32,000 nucleotides of DNA from Trichodesmium erythraeum IMS101. GTDB taxonomy: Bacteria; Cyanobacteriota; Cyanobacteriia; Cyanobacteriales; Microcoleaceae. A program made the translations under genes and the position numbers. The stretch spans positions 750,001 to 782,000 of the forward strand of contig NC_008312.1 in the NCBI RefSeq assembly GCF_000014265.1. The letters are read 5' to 3'. The notes under the pieces were generated by a model. That model was given only the letters and a program-made list of their open reading frames with translations. It was not told where the DNA came from and ran no database searches. This document shows positions 20,311 through 29,542 of the stretch, one piece after another; position 1 is the stretch's first letter; each line of letters opens with the position of its first letter.

Positions 20311-21177
20311 TTTCTTTTGACAGTAATTATTCTCCAGCAATTTTTTTTAATTATCTTTCACACCTTAAAATAGATTTTCTCAATCTATAATTTTTGACCA
20401 AAAACTTAGGAATAGCAATTCTCAATTTTTATTTCTGTTATCCCCAAAAACTATAACCCAATATTTTGATTAATTAATTTAGTTCTAAATATTAAATTTT
20501 TAACTAAAGTTAACCCCATATAATTTTAGTTTTAATCTTGCTATTGGGAGTTTTTTTGATTTCTTCAACTATTAATAATTTTTACCCTAATTACTAGGCA
20601 CAAAAAAAACTAAAAATTATCGTAGCTGTGCCAGGTTATCCCATCAAACAAATAAACAAAAAAATGTGTTATAATAAAATAATAACCATATACATACTAT
20701 CAGTACATTGATCATAAAAAGGTCATAGTTAAAAATAGTATCAATGTCGATAAATATCTCAAATAAATTCCTATTTAATTGCAGTAAATATTAACCAACC
20801 CAAAGACATTCAAAACCTCGGAGTAAATAATCACCCAAAAGGTTTTCATATAACATTTTCTTCTAGGACTAGAAGCCTTTATAATTAGAGTCATTAAGTC
20901 AAAGGTTTTTTGATTTAAATAAATTCCTTTATTGAAATCAGTAGTAATTCTTTAGTGCTACATAAGTATTTAGATATAGTCTATAACGCACCAGCCCACT
21001 TTGCTATGGCTCAAATGATGATAATTTATGAATTGGCCTTTCAGGATAATTAATAAATTTATTGTGCTTACTGAGGATTTGGCAAAAATTCCCCAGTTAT
21101 ACTTATATTTATATCTTCCTCTCTATTTTTTGTAACCAAGAAACAGTTATACCCCCTTAGTAGGGGTTAAGGGGACA

Positions 21178-21813
21178 TTAACTTCTGACTTCAAACAGAG
21201 AAGGTTGACAAGGACTAAACGAAAGACGATGTTGAGGTGACACCCCGTAATTTATTATTCCTTGTTTATGCTTTTTTGTACCATAACCTTTATTTTTCGT
21301 CAAGTCATAAACAGGATATTTTTTTGCTAAGCGCATAATCAAAGTATCACGCCAAACCTTAGCCACAATACTTGCAGCAGCGATCGCCAAACACTTACTA
21401 TCCCCCTTCACAACAGTCCTTTGAGGTATAAATAAATCTCTAATCTCTTGATTTCCATCAACCAAAACCAAATCTGGTCTCAATTTTAGCCTCAAAACAG
21501 CCCGCTTCATTGCCAACAAAGAAGCCTTGAGAATATTCAAACGGTCAATTTCCCGTACAGAAGCAATACCAATTTGACAATCCCAAGCCACTGTCCGAAT
21601 CAGAGAAGCCAAATGACAACGACGTTTTTCCGTCAGCTTTTTACTATCTGTCACTCCAGTACTAGCCAAATCATCCAAAACATCTTCTGGCAAAATTACC
21701 GCTGCTGCCACGACAGGTCCAAATAAGGCTCCACGCCCCACTTCATCCACACCAGCACTTAGAAATGAGTATAAACCATCAATAATTAAGTCAGAAGAAT
21801 TCTCGATTTCCAC
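21178..21813 (-). CDS. rnhB: Ribonuclease HII
   Basis: 211 aa. AGVDEVGRGALFGPVVAAAVIL, DSKKLT and ...ASIVAKVWRD... are RNase HII motifs. The GTG start at 21813 is preceded by GAGGAGG with a 9-nt spacing. The gene lies downstream of rne on the same strand. Confidence 0.92.
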   Translation of the reverse strand: MEIENSSDLIIDGLYSFLSAGVDEVGRGALFGPVVAAAVILPEDVLDDLASTGVTDSKKLTEKRRCHLASLIRTVAWDCQIGIASVREIDRLNILKASLLAMKRAVLRLKLRPDLVLVDGNQEIRDLFIPQRTVVKGDSKCLAIAAASIVAKVWRDTLIMRLAKKYPVYDLTKNKGYGTKKHKQGIINYGVSPQHRLSFSPCQPSLFEVRS

Positions 21814-22169
21814 CTAATGAAACCTCCTCAAACTTACTCAAATCAAAATAATTAAATAGGTTGTTCACTTACCTATTTCATATAACCCTTAACAGACTTG
21901 CTGTTAATAGGTTTTTACTCTGGAAACTTTTTATTTTTGAGTAAGCTCTTGGTAGCTGAATATTTTTTGAAATTAATACTTGGGTTTCAGTCTTGCTTCC
22001 AGAGTCATAGAAATCCTCAGGGGAGTTAGGAAATTGCCAAATTATCGAAATTTACTCACAATAAGAATCCTACCTCTGATGTCTGAGTTACTGATACCCA
22101 ACTTCTCACTTCAGCCATACTCCACACTCTCAACTCTTAATAATCTTGTCCAAAAGCCAAACTTTATGC

Positions 22170-24218
22170 TTATTCTTCCGCTGTAACTGCCGAAGAACGA
22201 CGACGACGGCGACGAATTGGCCCAGAATCATCAGAGTCATTACTATCAGAATTCAAATCAACATCTGAATCACTCAAATCTAAATCATAGTTACCATTTT
22301 CCTCACGAACATCAAAATCATCATCTTGAGCAGAAGAAACAGATAAATCAAAATTATCTAATTCCTGATCATCATCATTTTCCTCATAGTCTGCAACTGA
22401 TTCAACTTCAACCTCTTCCTTATCTACCCTTGTTCTGCTCAAATGATTCTCTCCTTCCCCTGGTTGTTTAATAGAGATAATGACTGATTTAGGATTTTTT
22501 ACCATTCCCTCCTCTACAAGTGTTAATGGAGAAATACCCATCAAAGCATATACATCTTGTTCATCAAAAGTCATTTCTACCGTTACTATTTCTGGAGCTT
22601 CAGTAATGGGTCTAATTATCTCTCTTCCTGAACGTCTCGTATTACTTGTCAGAGAATATCCCTCCGAAAGGATAGGATACTCCATTCCCGATCCTAATTC
22701 TCTTTCATGCAATTCCAAACTCTCATCCTGCATTGTTTCACCAACCCCTACTCGACGACGACGACGACGACGAGTTTCCTGGTAACTAGGATGGTTCAAC
22801 AATTCCAAATCAGAAGCATTATTAGCATTCTCCCCTTCTTGATATCCTTGTCTAGTCTCCCAAGAATAGTTTTGAGCCACACCCACCAAAGTTGGAGGAG
22901 TAACAGCTACAGGTTTAGTTAATTCCTCAGCATCTACATTTCGATTAACCACAGACAAATTAACATCCCCAATAGATACTTCAGATTCACCAGGTAAATG
23001 AACTAAATGTCCTAATCCATTACAACTAGGACAATTACGACCAAATAGCTCATATATATTTTGACCTTGGCGTTTGCGAGTCAATTCGACTAAACCCAAT
23101 TCTGACAACTGAGCTATCTGAGGCCTAGCTTTATCAGCTCTGAGAACTTGATTAAAATGTTCCAGAACTTGCAGTTGGTCTCGTCGTGAGTCCATGTCGA
23201 TAAAATCAACAATAATAACTCCTGCAATGTTACGTAGGCGTAGTTGACGGGCTATTTCCGTAGCCGCTTCACAATTTGTCCAAAGTACAGTTTCCCGAGC
23301 TGTAGCAGACCGTGTAAAAGAACCAGAGTTGACATCTATAACAGTTAGTGCTTCAGTTGGTTGGATAATAACATAACCACCAGAAGGTAAATCTACTCTT
23401 GGTCTGAGAGCTTCTCTAATCGCAGCATTCACCCGGAAGTATTCTAGAATAGGGATGCGATCGCCATGATGGTCAATTAAAACTTGCAATGGTTTACCCC
23501 CACTCCAGTTGAGCAAATGTTGCTTGACTCGCTTCACTCCCTCACTATAGTCCACTACAATTCGATTAACATCAGTACTATACATATCCCGCAGTACCCG
23601 TTGAATAAAATCATTATCACGATTTAGTAGTGCAGGAGCTCTGTTAGAATTAGCTTCAATTTGGATTATTTCCCATTGTTGCTGCAAAACCTCTAAATCT
23701 TCCAGAATTGCCTCTTCTTCCATACCTTCTGCTTCAGTACGAACTAACAGGCCCATACCTGCTGGTTTGATTAAAATTGCCAACGCTCTAAGACGATTTC
23801 GTTCACTCTCAGAACTAATACGCCTTGATAGATTTACACCCCTTCCATAAGGCATCAAAACTAAATAACGACCTGGTAGGGTTATATTACCTGTTAAACG
23901 TGGTCCTTTTGTACCAGTGGGTTCTTTCATCACTTGCACTAAGACTTTTTGTTGGGGTGTAAGTAGTTCTGTAATTGCACCAGAGGATCGTTTCAATCGC
24001 AATGGGCCTAAATCACTGACATGAATAAATCCATTGCGCTCAGGATCTCCAATATTGACAAAAGCTGCATCTATTCCAGGTATTACGTTTTCTACGGTTC
24101 CGAGATAGATATCACTAACTTGATGGCTACCTTTAGCAACAACAAGTTCTTGTATTTGGTCTTCAGAAAATACGGCGGCAATTCTGTGCTGTTCAGCGAT
24201 AATTATTTGCTTCGGCAT
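22170..24218 (-). CDS. rne: Ribonuclease E (Rne/Rng family), cyanobacterial type
   Basis: 682 aa. The N-terminal S1 and catalytic region (IYLGTVENVIPGIDAAFVNIG...; VIDVNSG...; IIVDFIDM) is followed by a low-complexity C-terminal half with Arg runs (RRRRRRV, RRRRRRSSA) and an acidic D/E/S/N tract. The ATG at 24218 is preceded by AGGAGG. Confidence 0.93.
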   Translation of the reverse strand: MPKQIIIAEQHRIAAVFSEDQIQELVVAKGSHQVSDIYLGTVENVIPGIDAAFVNIGDPERNGFIHVSDLGPLRLKRSSGAITELLTPQQKVLVQVMKEPTGTKGPRLTGNITLPGRYLVLMPYGRGVNLSRRISSESERNRLRALAILIKPAGMGLLVRTEAEGMEEEAILEDLEVLQQQWEIIQIEANSNRAPALLNRDNDFIQRVLRDMYSTDVNRIVVDYSEGVKRVKQHLLNWSGGKPLQVLIDHHGDRIPILEYFRVNAAIREALRPRVDLPSGGYVIIQPTEALTVIDVNSGSFTRSATARETVLWTNCEAATEIARQLRLRNIAGVIIVDFIDMDSRRDQLQVLEHFNQVLRADKARPQIAQLSELGLVELTRKRQGQNIYELFGRNCPSCNGLGHLVHLPGESEVSIGDVNLSVVNRNVDAEELTKPVAVTPPTLVGVAQNYSWETRQGYQEGENANNASDLELLNHPSYQETRRRRRRRVGVGETMQDESLELHERELGSGMEYPILSEGYSLTSNTRRSGREIIRPITEAPEIVTVEMTFDEQDVYALMGISPLTLVEEGMVKNPKSVIISIKQPGEGENHLSRTRVDKEEVEVESVADYEENDDDQELDNFDLSVSSAQDDDFDVREENGNYDLDLSDSDVDLNSDSNDSDDSGPIRRRRRRSSAVTAEE

Positions 24219-24261
24219 TCAATTTCCTCCTGTGCAGACTTGCTTACCAAGTCTTTCCCTT

Positions 24262-25223
24262 TTATAAAAATGTGGCGTTTTGACATTCTCCCCGGCCTAC
24301 AACTACGGAATTCCTAGCGAGCTGAAGCTCTTCGGCGAATTGACGTGCATGCTTACGCAAGTGCGCTAACAATATGGTCGGTGCTACCTTGGCGGTAGTC
24401 TGACCCTTCCTTCCACGTCTGTTTTTTGTCTCCATTTCTCTTTCCTTTCACGATCTAAAAAACGTTTTGCTGCGCGAAATGAAAAGCGAATATCCTCTAC
24501 AAGAAACAACTCATCCGTAGGATGCCTGCCCAAGGAACAACTAATATATTTGTGACTGCATTTTTATCACGGTAATATTTACTACCGCAATTCAAATCTT
24601 CTCATTCTCGCTCCTGAAAGGTCTAACTTTCCACCTAAAAACCCACAATAATAGTGGGTTTGATATGCTGCTTCCCATCTATTAATTACCCTAAAATAAC
24701 GACGGTATTTTTCCCTTTTTCTTTCTAGAAATGTTCGGAATTGTCCCTAACTTAGATCGCTAATTGCCTTGGATAATTGACTATGTTTTGGTGCGTTTTT
24801 CCTTGCAACTATTATTATTGCAAGGTTGCACCACTTCTTGAGCATTTCAGACACATTAGAAACTTCCAGTACAATTATTTGGTTGTAGTTAATAATACTG
24901 GTTAATAACTTATGCAGAAAGTCATATCTTGTATCTTTAAGTTGATTATGAAATTTAGTAACTTTCAATCTAGCTTTTTCGTACCGTTTGGAACCTAAGC
25001 ATTTTTTAAATAATGACTTACTCTGTAATATATACTTCTTAATTAGTTTCTTCAAAGGTTTTGGTGCATCTATTTTTTTACTATTACTTAAAGTAGTAAA
25101 AGTTTTGATGCCTAAATCTATATCTACTGAATTATCAGTTTGAGGTAATAATTCTCGATTAATTTCTACCAAGCTATAATACCTTATGGAATCATGGAAA
25201 AAAGATTTTTGTAAATAAGCCAT
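24262..25223 (-). pseudogene. tnpB: Decayed IS200/IS605-family tnpB (OrfB / IS1341-type) remnant, N-terminally truncated and frame-disrupted
   Basis: The ORF 24747..25223 carries IDLGIK (RuvC-I-like) and KARLKVTKFHNQLKDTRYDFLHKLLTSIINYNQIIVLEVSNVSEM (RuvC-II-like E). Further downstream on the - strand, other frames read GQFRTFLERKREKYRRYFRVINRWEAAYQTHYYCGFLGGKLDLS, then CGSKYYRDKNAVTNILVV (degenerate Zn-finger / HDRD-NAA-NI region), then ...EELQLARNSVVVGRGECQNATFL* ending at 24262. Stops and frameshifts separate these pieces. About 150 N-terminal codons are missing. Confidence 0.75.
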
Positions 25224-25463
25224 TTAATTGTAGTAGCTGATCACTCTTGTCAAGTATCTATAAAATAAATCTTAAAGAATGCTCAAAGCTTACATTTTAT
25301 AAGATATAGAGAATTACATCAACTCACCATTGAGTTTCACTATAAATGTACGCCTTTTATTTTTGCCCTTTCTTTTTGCGCTTTTGATACTCACCCCATA
25401 CCATAATTTAATGTTTTACTTATAGATACCCTCTTAATAGGTTTCCATTAACATTAAATTTTA

Positions 25464-28196
25464 TTACCTCAAAAACAACTTTTGCCTATGAGTATATACC
25501 AATTCAAACTCTAGCTTACTGACTTCTTTCAGCATATAAATTATATTTTGTGGTCTTAGTAAAGTTCCATCATTCTGATAGCTTCCTACATAACGAATAA
25601 TGGCATCAGTTTCATAATACGAATTAGACTCATAAGACCAAGGTATGCAAAAATTTAAGGTTGTTGGATACTCTAAAAACTCCAATTCAAATAAACGATC
25701 ACGTAAGTTAATAACTTTGACCTTACCCGACTTTGTTTTTTGTTCCCAAAGAATTAATTCCCTATTTTTAATTGCCTCTACCCACCCTTGCCAATTTAGG
25801 TTAGAACAGTCATTTTCCTCAACTTCTCTTATAGTATTGCAGTCTTGTATCAAATCTTTTGTAGAATCATTAGTTTTACTGACCCTCAAAATATACTCTG
25901 CTTTCTCCAATGTCTGAGATAAAGAAGGACTCTTAACTTCTACCTCTTCTACCTTATATATAGGTATACCAACTGGCAATTGACTCTCTAGCTTCTTCTG
26001 AAATCCTAACACATCTATTGTTTCTGTCAACTCAAAATCCACTACTTCTCCTGTACTAGTTACTCCTAGAGATAAAGCACTAGCTAGAACAATTCGTGGA
26101 CTTGGATGATATCCTCCGCTAAAGGCAATAGGTATATTACTCCGACGAACAATACGAGCAAATAACCTCGCTAAATCTAGATGACTTACTAAGGCCATTT
26201 CTCCTAATTTCCCAAACCAAACTCGTAGACGTTGTACCCGATTTTGATTAGGGACAAACTGACCTACAAACTTGGGAATTGGTGGTGGTGGAATAACAAT
26301 ATTATGACCTAGATCTGGACCACAAACACCACAATGAGAACAAGTCCCAAAGGAGCAATCAGGAACAGTTACTTCTGCCAAAGCTTTGTGCAAATCTTCT
26401 TTGAGCCAATTTTTATCAATTCCAGTATCTATATGATCCCAAGGTAGGGGTTGGTTAAGTCGGGAATTGACTTGGTCTTCATTCCATATATTAAAATTTT
26501 CTTCTGTATTTGAAAATACATTCCACTCACCCTTTTCTACTTGACGGTACTTCCAACTCAAGTCTGATTCTGCAATAGCATCACTCCATGCAGCAAAAGC
26601 TCTATCCAAACTTTCCCACCAAGAGTCCATGCCAGCGCCTCGTTCCCAAGCACGCAGAATTACAGATGCTAAACGGCGATCGCCTCTACCCAGAAAATCC
26701 TCCATTGCTGAGAGACGGACATCGGTAAAATTGGCTTTTACACCTTTCATCCTCCGAAATTCTGCCTTTAGCAATTCTTGCTTACGTTCAAACTCAGTCA
26801 CAGAAACCGAATGCCATTGAAAAGGAGTATGAGGCTTCGGGGTAAAATTAGAAATTGTTAAAGTAACCTGTAGCTTTCTCCGACCTTTAGCTCGGCATTC
26901 TTGCTGCAACCAATTAACTGTTTCGGCGATACCTAACACATCAGCATCAGTTTCTCCAGGCAAACCAATCATAAAATAGAGCTTAACTTTATCCCAACCT
27001 TGGTCATAAGCAGTTTTTACTCCCCGTAAAAGTTCCTCATTTGTCAATCCCTTATTTACAATGTCCCGCATTCGTTGGGTACCTGCTTCTGGAGCAAATG
27101 TCAAACTACTTTGGTGACCACCACCAATAATATTGGCAATATTTTTATCAAATCTATCTACTCGCTGACTTGGTAGAGATAAAGAAATATTTTCATCCTG
27201 GAAACGGTTTCTAATTTCAGTTCCCACTGCTGGTAAAGCCAAATAATCAGAACAACTCAAGGAAAGTAAAGAGAACTCATTATGTCCAGTTGCAGTTATA
27301 CCTTTTTCAATAGTATCCACTACTTGTTCTGGTTCCACATCTCGTGCTGGTCTAGTTAACATACCTGGTTGACAAAAGCGACAACCTCTAGTGCAACCAC
27401 GTCGAACTTCTATTACCAGTCGATCATGGACTGTTTCTACATAAGGAACCAAACCTATAGAATAAGCCGGCATAGGAGTTGCAACTCGACGCAGTATCGT
27501 TCTTGGCACATCATGACGAGTTGGGAAGACTGAGCCATCTTCAGCCATGCTATAAAATTGTGGCACATAAACACCGGGAATTTGGGCTAAGTCCAAAAGT
27601 AATTCTTCTCTGGTTAATCTACCCTTCTTACCCTCGTCAACTATTAGTCCAATTTCTGGAAGTAACTCTTCTCCATCTCCTAAAGCAATAAAGTCAAAAA
27701 AGTCTGCATAAGGTTCAGGGTTAGAAGTTGCTGTTTGGCCACCTGCAAAAATTAAAGGAAATTTGTCTTCATCTCTATTCCCTAGTTTAAGCCGTTCTTG
27801 CCAAGTTAATGGGATACCAGCCAAACTTAGCATCTCTAGAATATTTGTCGCTCCTAATTCATAGCTAAGATTAAAGCCTAGAATATCGAAATGAATCAAT
27901 GATTGCCTTGATTCTACAGCAAATAGTGGAGTTTCTGTGGCCCGCAATTTTTCTGCTAAATCTGGAGCTGGTAAATATGCGCGATCACATAGTTGTCGTG
28001 GCTGAGAATTCAAGATATTGTAAAGAATTATATGTCCTAAATTAGAAGCTCCTACTTCATAAACTTCTGGGTAACTCAATACCCAGCGCACTTGAGAACT
28101 GTCCCAAGGCTTATGAAAAGCACCAAACTCATTACCAAGGTAACGAGCTGGTTTGTGGATATGGGGTGTAAGTAAACTCTCTAATGCTACTGCCAC
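25464..28196 (-). CDS. Radical SAM protein (uncharacterised TIGR03960-like family) fused to a DUF2344 / TIGR03936-like C-terminal domain
   Basis: 910 aa. The Cx3Cx2C cluster motif is in RRGCTRGCRFCQPG, and the N-terminus is ...KPARYLGNE. The C-terminal ~270 aa start QRLRVWFGKLGEMALVSHLDLARLFARIVRRSNIPIAFSGGYHPSPRI, the pattern I recall for the radical-SAM-linked DUF2344 protein. GTG start at 28196. Family names are from memory and were not searched. Confidence 0.88.
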   Translation of the reverse strand: MAVALESLLTPHIHKPARYLGNEFGAFHKPWDSSQVRWVLSYPEVYEVGASNLGHIILYNILNSQPRQLCDRAYLPAPDLAEKLRATETPLFAVESRQSLIHFDILGFNLSYELGATNILEMLSLAGIPLTWQERLKLGNRDEDKFPLIFAGGQTATSNPEPYADFFDFIALGDGEELLPEIGLIVDEGKKGRLTREELLLDLAQIPGVYVPQFYSMAEDGSVFPTRHDVPRTILRRVATPMPAYSIGLVPYVETVHDRLVIEVRRGCTRGCRFCQPGMLTRPARDVEPEQVVDTIEKGITATGHNEFSLLSLSCSDYLALPAVGTEIRNRFQDENISLSLPSQRVDRFDKNIANIIGGGHQSSLTFAPEAGTQRMRDIVNKGLTNEELLRGVKTAYDQGWDKVKLYFMIGLPGETDADVLGIAETVNWLQQECRAKGRRKLQVTLTISNFTPKPHTPFQWHSVSVTEFERKQELLKAEFRRMKGVKANFTDVRLSAMEDFLGRGDRRLASVILRAWERGAGMDSWWESLDRAFAAWSDAIAESDLSWKYRQVEKGEWNVFSNTEENFNIWNEDQVNSRLNQPLPWDHIDTGIDKNWLKEDLHKALAEVTVPDCSFGTCSHCGVCGPDLGHNIVIPPPPIPKFVGQFVPNQNRVQRLRVWFGKLGEMALVSHLDLARLFARIVRRSNIPIAFSGGYHPSPRIVLASALSLGVTSTGEVVDFELTETIDVLGFQKKLESQLPVGIPIYKVEEVEVKSPSLSQTLEKAEYILRVSKTNDSTKDLIQDCNTIREVEENDCSNLNWQGWVEAIKNRELILWEQKTKSGKVKVINLRDRLFELEFLEYPTTLNFCIPWSYESNSYYETDAIIRYVGSYQNDGTLLRPQNIIYMLKEVSKLEFELVYTHRQKLFLR

Positions 28197-28405
28197 TATT
28201 AGTATTTAAGGTATATTTTTAAGTTATACATATTATCAAGATAGCACCAAAACTTATGGTGTTAAACTAGAATTCATAGACCTTCCTCATTTTGGCCTTA
28301 GGGTCTTAATGACGAATATCACTTTCTCGTATAGTATTGAATCACCTATAAGGTTAAATATGTACCAGAGAATTTAACTATATAGAGTTTTTATTTAGAT
28401 TAGCC

Positions 28406-28600
28406 ATGGAACCAAACTGTGTGATTCGGAAACTTGTATCTAAAGCTCTCTATTTTCGGCGATTAACCCCTGAAATCGAAAATCAAATCAACTCTGAGTT
28501 GACACGACTTGGCTATATTTCCGATGTAGACTATGAGGCATTAGAATTATTAATGGAAGAGATGGATGCAGGACGAATTCATCTCGTCCCTACTATGTAA
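28406..28600 (+). CDS. Hypothetical small protein (64 aa)
   Basis: ATG-initiated ORF divergent from the radical SAM gene. Its composition is non-repetitive and plausibly helical, with an acidic C-terminal half (DVDYEALELLMEEMDAGR). I recognise no family. Confidence 0.4.
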   Translation: MEPNCVIRKLVSKALYFRRLTPEIENQINSELTRLGYISDVDYEALELLMEEMDAGRIHLVPTM

Positions 28601-29542
28601 GTAATTGGAATTTTTTTTATTTTTACATTTCTTCTCCTTAGCAAAACATTTTAACAGCAAAAATAATCTTTTGCATGGATATCAGTTATTAGAAAATAAA
28701 TCTTTAGTAAAACTATCAAGTTAACAGTAAAATTCAACAAAGCATGAACTGAAATAGATATAATTTCCTGCGTATTTTTTTGTATATATTTTAATAATTC
28801 TTAATTCAGTAGATGGTAAAACCGAAACACAGGAATGACTAAATAAATAGTTATGATACTAAATAGTTTACCTTTTAATTAACCCCTCTAATCTGTTTTC
28901 AGCATAAATGATTTCTACCTTTTGCCTTATTCTCCTTATCAGTAAATAAATAGTTTGCTAATTTAAGTAGTATATTCTTTTTACTGATTCTCTTAATATT
29001 TTAAGACCATTAAATTCTTTACTTGATGTAAACTTTAGTTGGGTATGGTACATGGTAATCTTATTATAAACATTCAAATGCTCACATCTGCTTACATCTC
29101 ATACTTAAAAATTATGTGTATTAATTTTAGATTGTTTTTGTATTAATCGGAAAAAAAACTATAGGGTGTTTAACAGTTGTATAAAAAAAGTATGACATTT
29201 CCCATACTGTTGAAGTACAAAATTAATTTTTTTTAGTTAGGAAGCTTCACATAAGGTACCTTAAAGAGTAGTAAACAAGGAAAACAAGATATAGAAAAGA
29301 AGAAAAAAACTGTACCTCAGTAACTTGAGAAAACTGATGTAGAATTGCCTAATCAAAATGTTTGGAAAAATTGTTGTTATACTTAAATATATTTTTTGAA
29401 ACCTAAATCTAGAAAACAAAAATTGACTAGCTATAACTGAACAATATTTTAATTTTTATTTAAGAAAACTACCTCAGCAACTTTCAAAATAAACTGTACT
29501 ATGTCCACATTAATTAATTGCAGGAGCTAATAAAAAATAATC

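Noticed and set aside
21153-21166. Small hairpin cccc-ttagta-gggg just downstream of the rnhB stop, as a terminator
   Set aside because: The stem is only 4-5 bp and there is no U-tract on the - strand.
21980-24317. + strand ORFs 21980..22186, 22217..22471, 22480..22785, 22707..22922 and 24021..24317
   Set aside because: They lie antisense to rne or in the rne-rnhB spacer. Their low-complexity (H/N/Q/S or T/R runs) mirrors the acidic and Arg-rich tail of RNase E.
25645-27691. + strand ORFs inside the radical SAM gene (25645..25917, 26629..26820, 27479..27691)
   Set aside because: They are antisense shadows of a well-supported 910-aa gene.
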